From a virus, in the UHGV virus genome UHGV-1372779: 64,000 bases of DNA; one strand, given 5' to 3'. How positions within the stretch are numbered: position 1 is the first letter of the stretch; every line of letters begins with the position of its first letter. Made by a program: the position numbers and the translations under genes. Positions 50,190-60,349 of the stretch are shown here, piece by piece. The notes below the pieces were generated by a model. It had not been told where the DNA came from. It saw only the letters and a list, made by a program, of their open reading frames with translations, and made no database searches.

Positions 50190-51829
50190 CTTCCAGGAGC
50201 ATTATAAGGTTTAATCCATATAGCACCATCTACTCTTAAATTAGGATCAGTAGGTTCTGTATCACTAACTGTCATAATAGGTTTAGCTAATGTAACATCC
50301 ACCCATTCTCCATTTGCATTAAGAATTTTATTAGCTTTAGTAGCTAATCCCAATGTTGAAGGAACTAGAGCTCTTTTAACTCCAACTGAAGTTAATACTT
50401 GAGGTGCATTTTTTATATAAGCTACATCTTCTGGATCTGTTATATCATAATCAGCTTGCTTTTGAACCATTACTGATAATGAGTCTAATTTAATTTTATC
50501 ATCTTTAGATAATAAACCATTTCTAGTTACAGTAGCAGTAGGTAAAGCAAAGTAATCTGAGATTAAATCTCCAGAATTAGCATTGTATTTCTGATAAGTA
50601 ATTCTTAAATCTTCAAGATTGTGCTCATATCCAACTAATGTTATCATTCCAGTTATTCCATCTAATTTTTCCATGTTTTCTCCTGAAATGACTCCATCTT
50701 TATAGTTCTTATCCTGATAAGAAGCTATAGGAAAAGGAATTTTATCAATACTAATAGATCCAGAATCTAAATCAACTGTAGTATTTTCTAATATTAGTGT
50801 GGATCCATCATGATTTAATGAGGAATTACTTGTTTTATTAGGTAAACTAGTTAGTCTAATTTTATCAGTAGATGAAAGTAGTCCGTTAGTAGTATCAGTA
50901 GCTAAAGGAATGATTATATTCTTAGGAGCTTCTGATTGAGATTCTAATACTCTCTCTGTGTAATTTAAGGATAATCCTCCTTGATTTTGAACTAATCCAT
51001 CTATAGTCTTTATTCCAGAAAATTTAGATATTGCATCTTTAGAATCTGCAGATAAAAGTCCTGCAGCTTGTGAAGTTGCTGACTGTATAGTAACTCCTTC
51101 TCCAGCTGAATTAGATATAACATTAGTAGTCCTACTTGTTTGAATACCTAAGTTTACCTTAACACTTGTAGTTCCTATTACAACCCATTTAGACCCAGTC
51201 CATAAGAGAACATCTTCTGATTTATAAGTTTTATCATCATATGGATTTACTATAGTTTTAGATGGATCTCCTAAATCAGCTATATTATACATCATTCCTT
51301 GAGATAAATTATCCGGATTTGGGAATCCGGTACTTAAATTTATCTCTCCCATGTACTTCATTTGAGATAAAGTAACCCAAGTTCCTTTAGAGGTTAAATA
51401 ATGCTCTTCATCTTGAGTTTTTGGACTTGGAACAGTTCCAGAAGTTGTTACCTCAGTAAATTCTTCAATGTAAAATCCATTTCTATCTAAATGTACATGT
51501 TCATTATTAGCTTTAAGAGTTAAGGTGATTTTAGTTCCAGATAATTCTCCTCCTCCACCTAATCCATCTGTTGTATCTATTACAAAAGTATTTTCTACTT
51601 TATTTTTATTTAAAGTATCTATATCTGACTTAAACCCCTCTAATTGAGGTATTTTAGCTTTTAAAATATTTCTAGGATTCTGATATATTACTAATGTATC
51701 TCCATTCTGAAGTTCAAACTTAGTAATTGTGTAATCAAACTGATCATAGCAATTAGTTCTTACATGTTCAGTAGAGTAGCAGCTTTCAGATCCTAACACT
51801 GTAGGGTTTCCACTTGTTTTCATTAGCAA
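50186..51829 (-). CDS. Virion structural protein (547 aa).
   Basis: ORF track; overlapping start and stop with its neighbours. Confidence 0.5.
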   Translation of the reverse strand: MLMKTSGNPTVLGSESCYSTEHVRTNCYDQFDYTITKFELQNGDTLVIYQNPRNILKAKIPQLEGFKSDIDTLNKNKVENTFVIDTTDGLGGGGELSGTKITLTLKANNEHVHLDRNGFYIEEFTEVTTSGTVPSPKTQDEEHYLTSKGTWVTLSQMKYMGEINLSTGFPNPDNLSQGMMYNIADLGDPSKTIVNPYDDKTYKSEDVLLWTGSKWVVIGTTSVKVNLGIQTSRTTNVISNSAGEGVTIQSATSQAAGLLSADSKDAISKFSGIKTIDGLVQNQGGLSLNYTERVLESQSEAPKNIIIPLATDTTNGLLSSTDKIRLTSLPNKTSNSSLNHDGSTLILENTTVDLDSGSISIDKIPFPIASYQDKNYKDGVISGENMEKLDGITGMITLVGYEHNLEDLRITYQKYNANSGDLISDYFALPTATVTRNGLLSKDDKIKLDSLSVMVQKQADYDITDPEDVAYIKNAPQVLTSVGVKRALVPSTLGLATKANKILNANGEWVDVTLAKPIMTVSDTEPTDPNLRVDGAIWIKPYNAPGR

Positions 51830-52635
51830 TTACATCCTCCAGTTTTTATTTTATTATTAAATTTACTTAGAGTTTTAGTACAGAATGTATTACAAGTACT
51901 TATCCTTTCTAGCAATCTCTGTGCCTCAAAGAAATTACATTGAGAGATTAATCTTCTTATAAGCTCCAAAGCCATCCATACTATATCTCTATTTCTATAT
52001 ATATTATTTAAATCATTATCTTTATATAAACAGGCTTCAAATAAATTATTATATAATATAAATTTAATCATATCCTCATAACATTTTTCTAGTTTTCCTA
52101 TTAAGAACAATTGTTCTTCAATTCCTACTAGATTTATATTATTTAAATGTTCTTTTATATAATATATATCAATTTTATGGGCTGTATAAATTCCAGATAC
52201 TATATCTAATTGAAGATACTCCTGTGAATCTGTATCATATACTATATATGATCCATCAAATAGAACTTCTTCACTTCTAGCTGCACCTGCCACAGTTTCT
52301 GCAACAAAGTTTTTCATATAATTTAAAGTAGGAAGAACTAAATGGTCAACTGTAAACCATCCATCTACTGTAGATTTATATTCTAACTTATAAGCTTCAT
52401 ATCTAGCATCTGATCCAACCACATATTTAAATCCTGTAAGTTTATTATCTGATAATTTATTATAATTTACTAAATCTAAAAATATTACATCTGATGTTCT
52501 ATAATACTCTGAAGACACCCCAGACTGTTCTGGCATAAATTTTAAATACCCTATACCTGTTGTATCTTTTAAAGTAAACCCAGTAGTTCCATTTTCAGAA
52601 AAGGTTGCTTTTAAGTTTATATTTACGTTTCTCAT
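51823..52635 (-). CDS. Hypothetical protein (270 aa).
   Basis: ORF track. Confidence 0.45.
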   Translation of the reverse strand: MRNVNINLKATFSENGTTGFTLKDTTGIGYLKFMPEQSGVSSEYYRTSDVIFLDLVNYNKLSDNKLTGFKYVVGSDARYEAYKLEYKSTVDGWFTVDHLVLPTLNYMKNFVAETVAGAARSEEVLFDGSYIVYDTDSQEYLQLDIVSGIYTAHKIDIYYIKEHLNNINLVGIEEQLFLIGKLEKCYEDMIKFILYNNLFEACLYKDNDLNNIYRNRDIVWMALELIRRLISQCNFFEAQRLLERISTCNTFCTKTLSKFNNKIKTGGCNC

Positions 52636-54851
52636 TAGTATTTAACTTCATTATTATGAGGATTATTATCAAACATCTGTGCTAATTCAAGATCAACCTT
52701 TTTATTGTCAACCTCAATCTTACTCTTATTAAATTCATCTTGTAATTTAACTTTAGCCCATTCAATTTTATTTTTCTCTGAATCATCCTGAGCTTGTTGT
52801 AATTGTTGCTGAGCTTGTTGTAATTGTTGTTGCATTTGTTGAAGTTGCTGTTGAAGCTCTTTAATAACTTGATCAGATTGTTCAAGATTTTGTTGCATTT
52901 GTTGTATCTGTCCAGCTTCTTCTTTTCTTCTCTTAATAGCTTCAAGACTTTTTTGTTTATAATCGGTAAGACTTTTACATCCAACTGTTGATAAAACTAC
53001 TTCTGCATCAACTTGTCCAGCTTTAACTAATTCAAGATTTAATTCTCTAATACTTTCCATATCTCTAACAGCCTCTTGTCCATCTGCTATATGTATATCA
53101 AAGTCTGTAAGAGTATAATATTCTGGTAGAGCAGTAAAGATTTTTTGTCCTTTATCTCCTAATATAATAGCTCCAGTCAATCCATCCTTGTAAACTATTT
53201 TCCCTAAATTTAATGCATCTAACATTAGCTCTTTTAATATTAGATTCATATTAGCAAAATAAGACTTAGTTATTATAAAGGACTGTTCCATACCTACTTT
53301 AACATTGTGAACAGCATCTTTTTGCTCTATTCCCCCAATCATTTCTCTAAATACTCCTGTAATACTAGATGCTGAAAGTTCTACTCTCTCTAATGATATA
53401 TCAATGGCTTGAATTGCATTAAGAGGAACTGTATCATCATATCCATTATATATTGTATTAACAGGTGCAACTCCAGGTTCTATTTGAGAAAAATCTAATG
53501 GTGCGAATCCTTGTTTTTTATATCCTACGAATTTAAGTAATCTCATAGTCTCATCTTCGTCTAGCCAAGTTGGAATTTTACTTACATCAATGTATCCTCC
53601 TTTAGATCCTGAATTGGCTATAAGATTTTCTCTATGGAAATGTAAAATATTATACATATCTTGAAGATCAGCAGTAGCTAAGACTAATGAAAATGGTTGA
53701 TTTTGTCTAGTAGTCATAAATACTCCATTGATTGATAAAGTACAATGTTTCTTATTATCTACTGATCTAATAACATTTATATCTTTCTTTCTTATGATAT
53801 AAATATCTTCTCCAATTTTGGCATCAGAATATCTATGTTCTACACCATGTTCATCAGTATCTATATATTCAATCTCATGAACTACTATATCTCTTCTTGA
53901 TGCTGTATATATAGAATAATTTCCATCCCAAGTAGGAGATACTTCTAATCCTCCTAAAACTCCAGTACCTAATTCTGTGTTATTATCAGTTACAGCACTT
54001 ACTGGACCAGTAGATCTAATTACATAAACTTGTCCATCTTGACTTCCATGTCTAATTAATCCTTCTTCAAGTTTTTTCCTAGACTCATCGTCTAATTCTT
54101 TATGATATTTGTGAAGGATTTGTTCTGGAGTCATGTAATATCTACATACTGCTCTAGGTGAATCTTTTAAATAATAACTATTAGGATTTCTTTCAATAAA
54201 AGTATTTATAGGATTTAATGTTTCTAATTCTATATTATTTCCACTTTCACTAGGATACTCTTTATAATAAGCTGTACCTGTTATCAATAAGTCTGTAAAT
54301 AAGATTCTAGATTTAGTTCTTAAATCTATATTTCTAGATTGAGATAAATATGTAATAAGATTCTGAGCAGTTATTTCATACTCTGAAATGAAGTTCTTAT
54401 TTAAATCATTAACTAAATTATTTAAATATTCCTCTGTTAAAGGGTCAGTGGGAGGAGTTCCTTGAAGTCCAAATTTAGTTAATATTTGATTTTGAAGATC
54501 TTTGATATATATGTCTCTTATTTGGGAATCTATATATAATTGTTTTTCTCTAAATATATTAGATAATGTATTAGAATCTTTACAAGATATTTGAATATTT
54601 AAAGGTAAATCTAAAAAGTGTCCCACCAATGCATCTACATGTTTTTTAATTAATGGAATAAATTTAATTTGTGTGGGAGTTCCTATTCCATAATTTTCTT
54701 CTAGATGTTTATATTGATCTAAGTCCATTTTACCATGATAATAATTATAGGCTTTCTTTAAAGCTATCTTATCATAAACAAGATCCGAGATTGTATGATT
54801 TATTTTCTGAATTCTCTTGTCCCGCTCTTCTGTTTCTTTTTTTGTAGTCAT
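52635..54851 (-). CDS. Putative portal protein (738 aa) with a Gln-rich coiled-coil C-terminus.
   Basis: Size and position immediately downstream of the large terminase. Confidence 0.4.
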   Translation of the reverse strand: MTTKKETEERDKRIQKINHTISDLVYDKIALKKAYNYYHGKMDLDQYKHLEENYGIGTPTQIKFIPLIKKHVDALVGHFLDLPLNIQISCKDSNTLSNIFREKQLYIDSQIRDIYIKDLQNQILTKFGLQGTPPTDPLTEEYLNNLVNDLNKNFISEYEITAQNLITYLSQSRNIDLRTKSRILFTDLLITGTAYYKEYPSESGNNIELETLNPINTFIERNPNSYYLKDSPRAVCRYYMTPEQILHKYHKELDDESRKKLEEGLIRHGSQDGQVYVIRSTGPVSAVTDNNTELGTGVLGGLEVSPTWDGNYSIYTASRRDIVVHEIEYIDTDEHGVEHRYSDAKIGEDIYIIRKKDINVIRSVDNKKHCTLSINGVFMTTRQNQPFSLVLATADLQDMYNILHFHRENLIANSGSKGGYIDVSKIPTWLDEDETMRLLKFVGYKKQGFAPLDFSQIEPGVAPVNTIYNGYDDTVPLNAIQAIDISLERVELSASSITGVFREMIGGIEQKDAVHNVKVGMEQSFIITKSYFANMNLILKELMLDALNLGKIVYKDGLTGAIILGDKGQKIFTALPEYYTLTDFDIHIADGQEAVRDMESIRELNLELVKAGQVDAEVVLSTVGCKSLTDYKQKSLEAIKRRKEEAGQIQQMQQNLEQSDQVIKELQQQLQQMQQQLQQAQQQLQQAQDDSEKNKIEWAKVKLQDEFNKSKIEVDNKKVDLELAQMFDNNPHNNEVKY

Positions 54852-55128
54852 TTAAGTCTATTTTTTCTCCTACACTAAATTTAGTTAAATTGAGGTTTCT
54901 ATTTAAGAGATCCTCTCTTACATAGTCTAGAAACTCATCTATTGAAGTACATTGTACATAGATTTTACATGTAGGAGTAAGAAAATCTTTATTCATATAA
55001 AGACTAAGAATAAATCCATCCTCTTTTTCTTCTATCTTCATTTTTCCTACATATATTGCTTCATATACTTCAAGTATTATATCTTCTATTTTGCAAATTA
55101 GCTCTTGCTCTTGCGACTTTGTCATCAT
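54772..55128 (-). CDS. Hypothetical protein (118 aa).
   Basis: ORF track. Confidence 0.4.
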   Translation of the reverse strand: MMTKSQEQELICKIEDIILEVYEAIYVGKMKIEEKEDGFILSLYMNKDFLTPTCKIYVQCTSIDEFLDYVREDLLNRNLNLTKFSVGEKIDLNDYKKRNRRAGQENSENKSYNLGSCL

Positions 55129-56731
55129 TTATATCATATTGTAAATTAGCTAAATCTTGTAAATCTTGAATTGGATCAGGCTTAACTCCATAGTGTTTAA
55201 TCCCATTATCATCATACCAATATCCAAAAGGTTTCATCTTATTTGCATTCATTTTCTTTGCAACAGCTCCCCATGTTCTCATCTCTTGATCACCTATTTC
55301 ACACATCCCCATCGCAGCAATAATATCGAATTTTCTCTTGTCTTCAAAAGAGTATTTACTTAACTCTTCTAACATAGCTAAATCATCTATTGTAAAGCAA
55401 TATTCCAACACAAAATCAGCTATAAGTTCTAGATAATATTCAATTGTTTGTTTAGATGGGTATACCCCAAACATATCAGTATTAGTTACTTTATTAGTAG
55501 GGTTAACTGAGCTTGGCCGCCTCATTAAAAGACCTTGCTTTTTTCTATCCTTAAAATGGTTTACAATAGCAGTTCTTGAACTTTCAAGTACAGCTTGACA
55601 ACCATAAAATTCTAATAATTTAATTGTTTGATTATATGCTTCTTTAATATTTCTAGGACGATCTTTATATATAGCCACATATTTAGGAGGCTCCAATCCA
55701 AATGTTCTTCTTTTAATTACTAAACAGTAATCAGAAACATCTTTTTGACCAGTCGATTGATCTATACCTTGGTCAATAGAGTCAATTCCTGCTACATACA
55801 AATTCTTAAACAGAGCTCCATTCTCATCATGTCTGGGAAGCTCATATATTCTAACTTTGCCATTAGGAGAAGGTAAAAATTTGAGAATGTCTTGATTTAA
55901 ATCTTTACTATAGGAGTAGTCTACTATTCCAACTTTAGGTTTAATTCCGGAACCATGAACTTTAATATCCGTTATTCTAGCTGCTATAGCTACTGAATCA
56001 AAGATATTATCACCCTGTCTAGAAAGTGCTTCATCTGGGTTGTAACAATATTCAGCACAATATGTAAGATAACCTTCTGGAGATCCAGCTTTGGCATCTC
56101 TTTTCTTATTATAGTACTCAATCGCTTTTTTCTTATTACATACTCCTCTTTTATCTATAATTCCATCTATAATAACTACACTATATGCAGGAATAAAATA
56201 AGATGTAACTACATATTCACCATCTGCCGTGTGATTATGTTTATATGGAAGTATATCATATTCTTTTGGGTTATAAAATAATTCATTTAATCCAGCTACG
56301 GCAGGACCTTCATCACCTCCAGTACCATATCCTATCTTAAATCCTATTCTAGATCCACCCACTATAATAAGAGCATCACCTTGAATCCATTTTTTAATCA
56401 AAACTGGATCAGATCCAACCTCTTCATATAATAACATCTCAGCTCTATCACCTCTAACCTTACTAGGTTTATCAGCAACAATTCCAGTAATCATAGATCC
56501 AAAACCAGACTCATTACCTTCTCTATCTTTCTTAGAGGCTTTTTTCTGAGTAGCTGTATTAACAGCTTGTCTAAGATGTTTAAACCCTCCTTCTGTTTCT
56601 GTATTTAAATAGTCTAATTGTCTCCAACATTTTTCTAATGTCTTAGAAACAAATAGATCTGTGAATGCTGTGTATATAGCTTGTTGTCTTCTCTTAACTG
56701 TATAAAGATTTACACCTAAACAGGCTCCCAT
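55070..56731 (-). CDS. terL: Terminase large subunit, exon 2, containing Walker B and the RNaseH-like nuclease domain.
   Basis: MLLYEE (Walker B hhhhDE) and the nuclease motif LYVAGIDSIDQGIDQSTGQKDVSDYCLVI. Confidence 0.7.
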   Translation of the reverse strand: MGACLGVNLYTVKRRQQAIYTAFTDLFVSKTLEKCWRQLDYLNTETEGGFKHLRQAVNTATQKKASKKDREGNESGFGSMITGIVADKPSKVRGDRAEMLLYEEVGSDPVLIKKWIQGDALIIVGGSRIGFKIGYGTGGDEGPAVAGLNELFYNPKEYDILPYKHNHTADGEYVVTSYFIPAYSVVIIDGIIDKRGVCNKKKAIEYYNKKRDAKAGSPEGYLTYCAEYCYNPDEALSRQGDNIFDSVAIAARITDIKVHGSGIKPKVGIVDYSYSKDLNQDILKFLPSPNGKVRIYELPRHDENGALFKNLYVAGIDSIDQGIDQSTGQKDVSDYCLVIKRRTFGLEPPKYVAIYKDRPRNIKEAYNQTIKLLEFYGCQAVLESSRTAIVNHFKDRKKQGLLMRRPSSVNPTNKVTNTDMFGVYPSKQTIEYYLELIADFVLEYCFTIDDLAMLEELSKYSFEDKRKFDIIAAMGMCEIGDQEMRTWGAVAKKMNANKMKPFGYWYDDNGIKHYGVKPDPIQDLQDLANLQYDINDDKVARARANLQNRRYNT

Positions 56732-56734
56732 TTC

Positions 56735-57771
56735 TGACCATCCTCATGGTCTTGTTGTCCTATAAGCTTTTTATCCTATAGTTCTGGGAGTTTCCTCCTT
56801 ACTTATTACCGAAATAGAAATAATAAGATATTCTGATTTAATCATCAGACAGTTCAGCGTACATTTTCACCCAAACAATGGGGCCGACACTCTTGGAGAT
56901 ATTATTTCAATCTCTACGCGTTACGGTGGTCAATTAATAATTGACTTACCTCGGTATTAACATAGTAATTAAATTTATTGAACTTTCTACTCATATAAAA
57001 ATTAGAATTATCATATAGTAAATGGAATATTTTAGAAACCTCCTTCTTTGATGATGTACTTATTCTATACATATCATCTCTAGATAAATAATTTAAGTTG
57101 ATTTTAATATTATTTAATCTAAAGAAATCTATTATATCTTCTAATATAGAAGAATATTTAGAACAGATCTCAAACTTAAATCTAAACCTATCTGATTTCC
57201 CTTTTTCAGAAGCAATCCATCCAATAATAGATCCATCTCCATCAAAATACCCTCTAATAAAATGAGGAATGAGATCTTGAGAAATATTAGGAATTTTTAA
57301 TTCTTTATAAGTTTTATTATAACCAAATCCTATATCATTTAGAGAATTTACCAATATGGTGCTATTTATATCAACTCCTTCTTGAGGTCTTCCAATATAG
57401 GTTTTATCTCCTCTTCCTTTAATTTCATAAGAATCAATATGAAACCTTCTACTATTAGGAGAAATATATTTAGATATTAACTCTATAATGTCCCTGTCTT
57501 CTTCACATAATTTAACTCTAAAAGTTTTTCTTTTCTCATCAATAGACCCATCAGCAGCAAAAAATCCTAATAGGTATGCTTGAATTTCAGTTACAATATT
57601 ATTAAAAAATTCATGTCTAACTTCTCTTTTACTTCCATTATTAGTATATAATGGACAAATCTTGTTAAGAATCACTTCTTGGTCATTTACATTCATAATT
57701 TTTATATTTTTAATCGTGTTATTTTTTAATCACCTTAGCCTTCACCGATTTTGCCGGATTTAAAATATACA
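56735..57771 (-). mobile_element. Intron (probably group I) carrying a LAGLIDADG homing endonuclease; it interrupts terL within the Walker A region.
   Basis: The flanks are non-coding with multiple stops and contain GC-richer structured segments and hairpins (CTTATTATTTCTATTTCGGTAATAAG; TCTGATGATTAAATCAGA). The homing-endonuclease ORF is in a different frame from exon 2 and is separated from exon 1 by stops. Confidence 0.55.
56914..57696 (-). CDS. LAGLIDADG homing endonuclease (double-motif).
   Basis: Two motifs, LLGFFAADGSI and IRGYFDGDGSI. Confidence 0.8.
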   Translation of the reverse strand: MNVNDQEVILNKICPLYTNNGSKREVRHEFFNNIVTEIQAYLLGFFAADGSIDEKRKTFRVKLCEEDRDIIELISKYISPNSRRFHIDSYEIKGRGDKTYIGRPQEGVDINSTILVNSLNDIGFGYNKTYKELKIPNISQDLIPHFIRGYFDGDGSIIGWIASEKGKSDRFRFKFEICSKYSSILEDIIDFFRLNNIKINLNYLSRDDMYRISTSSKKEVSKIFHLLYDNSNFYMSRKFNKFNYYVNTEVSQLLIDHRNA

Positions 57772-58617
57772 TTACTGTATATTGGGACAGGCATTTATCC
57801 CTCTAGACTTTAATGCGAAGACATTTAGTCCTAATTTTTTACAAAGTTCCACATAGTGGAAATATTTATATTGTTCTGCAATAAATGTAGGAAATGAATC
57901 ATTTCTTACAGTTACCTTAGCCTTAGAATCAGATTTAAGAACAGCAGGAGAATCCATTCTATAGAAATTTAAATAGAAGTAATTATCTCCTGTTAAAGTA
58001 TATCCATTATATGTATAACCATATATACATCTTCTTTGTTGCTCTAACCAATATTTAACATAAGAAGGACCATTTATCTCAAATGAACTATACTTGCCAG
58101 TAGCTTCTTTAGTCATAGCAGGCTCTCTAAACCAATCTGGATCAAAATCTAATCCCTGTGTTTCAGTGATTGGTCTATATCCAGTTAATTCATAAGATAA
58201 ATCTGGGTCAAAATATTCTATTGGATCATCTATTCTCACATCCCAATTTGTGAACTTAACATCTTCTCCATTTACATGATATAACTTTCTAAATTCTTCA
58301 TTATCAAAGTTTTCTCTAGTCTGATCTGCAATTTCTAAAGATTGTCTTATGTAATCATTATCGTACAAAACTAAATCTTCTTCTTTTGGATCATCTAATA
58401 AATGCTCTGGAATGTGATAAATAGTTGCTATTTCTTCATCTACTAAATCTTGAGAGTTTATTTTATCTAATAATTCCTGTGTTGTTTCTCTTTTACGATA
58501 AGCTCTTTTAGGCTTAGATTCCTTTTCGAGTTTAGCTTTTTCCCTGGCTTTCTTCTCTTCCTCTTTCTTTCTAAGCTTTTCAGCATTACCTTTAGCCCCA
58601 AAAGTCTTCTTAGCCAT
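57772..58617 (-). CDS. terL: Terminase large subunit, exon 1 (N-terminal part, ending at the start of a lambda-like Walker A, …ALKSR); the first ~100 aa are Lys/Glu-rich.
   Basis: It ends with KSRG, resembling the lambda gpA P-loop KSARVGYS. Exon 2 begins near (E)MGAC, and Walker B lies about 95 aa further on. Confidence 0.5.
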   Translation of the reverse strand: MAKKTFGAKGNAEKLRKKEEEKKAREKAKLEKESKPKRAYRKRETTQELLDKINSQDLVDEEIATIYHIPEHLLDDPKEEDLVLYDNDYIRQSLEIADQTRENFDNEEFRKLYHVNGEDVKFTNWDVRIDDPIEYFDPDLSYELTGYRPITETQGLDFDPDWFREPAMTKEATGKYSSFEINGPSYVKYWLEQQRRCIYGYTYNGYTLTGDNYFYLNFYRMDSPAVLKSDSKAKVTVRNDSFPTFIAEQYKYFHYVELCKKLGLNVFALKSRGINACPNIQ

Positions 58618-58619
58618 AA

Positions 58620-59198
58620 TTAATCAAATAAACCAGGAGTCTGATCTCCTTTGATTTTACTTTGCTTTTCTAATGCCTTCTTATATCTAATCTCAGCATC
58701 TTTAATTTCATCTAATAATGGCCCAACACTTTTAGCTTCAGCTATTACATCTTTAGCCTTAAACACAGGACTTCCATCTTCTTTTCTCTCATTTAGATCT
58801 ACCAAATAATCAAAATATATAGTTAATTTGTCTACTATATTATATACTGATTTAAGAAGTTTCCAAGTCCTATCATTCTCCTTCATCTCTTTAAAAGCTC
58901 TACAAGCTTTTCTAAATGTTTCATCATCAAACTCAGCTTGAGTCAGTTTAGAGTCTTTTAAAGCCATCTTATGTCTATCCTGCTCAGGATAATCAGCATA
59001 AGGAGATTTCCAATTAAGCATTAGGTAAATATATTTAAATTCCCTAAATGCTCTTAATTTATATCTCCCTTCTACATCCTCAACACATTTATTTCTTTCT
59101 GGTTCTATTAATGCCTCAAACTCTTCCGTTAGTAAAATCGCAGGTTCTACTAACTCTAATTGTCCAGTAGCATTATTATACTGAAAAAAGTCTAACAT
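58620..59198 (-). CDS. Possible terminase small subunit (192 aa).
   Basis: Position immediately upstream of terL only. Confidence 0.25.
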   Translation of the reverse strand: MLDFFQYNNATGQLELVEPAILLTEEFEALIEPERNKCVEDVEGRYKLRAFREFKYIYLMLNWKSPYADYPEQDRHKMALKDSKLTQAEFDDETFRKACRAFKEMKENDRTWKLLKSVYNIVDKLTIYFDYLVDLNERKEDGSPVFKAKDVIAEAKSVGPLLDEIKDAEIRYKKALEKQSKIKGDQTPGLFD

Positions 59199-59264
59199 AT
59201 ATCATTATTTAAATTAAAAAAGAGTAACATAATTTTTATCTAAAAATTACATTACTCCTTAAAG

Positions 59265-59516
59265 TTATTCACTGGCTTTAACCAGTTCTAAATCTTTAGT
59301 TGAAATCACCATTTCATGAGGAACTTCTTCCTTATCAAACCACAAGCACTTCATTCCTAGAAGCACTTTATTGCAATCAGTTACTTTTTGTGTAATAAGC
59401 ATATTTATTGGAGTATTCTGTAATTCAGAATGTTTAATTCTTACTATATCTCCTGGTTTGAACATTACGTCTTTTTTATTCTCATAGTACATATTACTCT
59501 TCTTTTTTAAATCCAT
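59265..59516 (-). CDS. Hypothetical protein (83 aa).
   Basis: ORF track. Confidence 0.4.
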   Translation of the reverse strand: MDLKKKSNMYYENKKDVMFKPGDIVRIKHSELQNTPINMLITQKVTDCNKVLLGMKCLWFDKEEVPHEMVISTKDLELVKASE

Positions 59517-60078
59517 AAACTACTACATTACCTCCTTGAATAATATACCATGTATCATCTCCTTCATCAGTAGTTACTGGAAGAGATCTTTCTCCTCCTT
59601 TTATATACATGATTTCCATTCCAGGTTTTATATTTTTAACATCAGGTCCAACTTCTAAAACTAAACCAGTTCCAATAAATCTCATATCCTCCATATCTTC
59701 AGTAGTTCCAGATTTAGAATTATATACTTTATCTCTTACTAAAATTATACCACTATTTCCAACTTCTGGAGCTAAATATGGACTTCTTTCATAGGGTTTA
59801 AACATAATAAAATTTCCTGTTACTTGAAGACACCAGTTTTTGCTCAATCTTTCCTCATATAGAGCTTTTTGTTTTCCATATTCTGTTTGTTGAACCTCTT
59901 CAATGTTTCTTCTTTTTCTTTCTGCCTCTAAAGAATTCCTTTTATTATCCTCTCTTAGTTGTTCTAAGGTCATTGGGATATTATTAAGTTCACAATCTTT
60001 AAGAGTTTTTCTTTCTAAATCAGTCATAATTTCATTAAATTCTTTACTCATATTCATTAATTTTAAATCATTAAACAT
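59494..60078 (-). CDS. GroES/Cpn10-like co-chaperonin domain protein with an N-terminal coiled-coil extension.
   Basis: The C-terminal 100 aa follow the GroES pattern (GIILV…IGTGLVLEVGPD…KPGMEIMY…WYIIQGGNVVVYGF). Confidence 0.35.
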   Translation of the reverse strand: MFNDLKLMNMSKEFNEIMTDLERKTLKDCELNNIPMTLEQLREDNKRNSLEAERKRRNIEEVQQTEYGKQKALYEERLSKNWCLQVTGNFIMFKPYERSPYLAPEVGNSGIILVRDKVYNSKSGTTEDMEDMRFIGTGLVLEVGPDVKNIKPGMEIMYIKGGERSLPVTTDEGDDTWYIIQGGNVVVYGFKKEE

Positions 60079-60348
60079 TTACCATTTATTTATAATACAA
60101 TGATTATCTTTATTTCTAGCTTTAGCTCTTAATCTGCATCCACATCCTCTAAACCAACCATATAATGGAATATCAGATGTTTCATTAGTATCTGGATTTA
60201 TCCATAAGGAACTATCACACATACCACCTAATTTATCTAAGTACAGAGGACATTGTTTGCATATTTTAATTCTCTCTAAATATAAGTCCTCATTTAATTC
60301 TAAGAACTCTTTAACATGTCCTCCAACTATATCAGAAATTTTCCCCAT
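60079..60348 (-). CDS. Cys-rich putative zinc-binding protein (89 aa).
   Basis: CKQCP…C…C…CGC…C pattern. Confidence 0.4.
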   Translation of the reverse strand: MGKISDIVGGHVKEFLELNEDLYLERIKICKQCPLYLDKLGGMCDSSLWINPDTNETSDIPLYGWFRGCGCRLRAKARNKDNHCIINKW

Positions 60349-60349
60349 A

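Noticed and set aside
52682-52984. 100-aa ORF inside the portal gene in another frame
   Set aside because: It is fully embedded in the 738-aa ORF and is low-complexity Lys/Asn-rich sequence typical of an AT-rich shadow frame.
56735-57771. Intein interpretation of the LAGLIDADG insertion in terL
   Set aside because: The in-frame sequence between exon 1 and the homing-endonuclease ORF contains several stop codons, and exon 2 is in a different reading frame, so no continuous host-protein frame exists. An RNA intron fits better.
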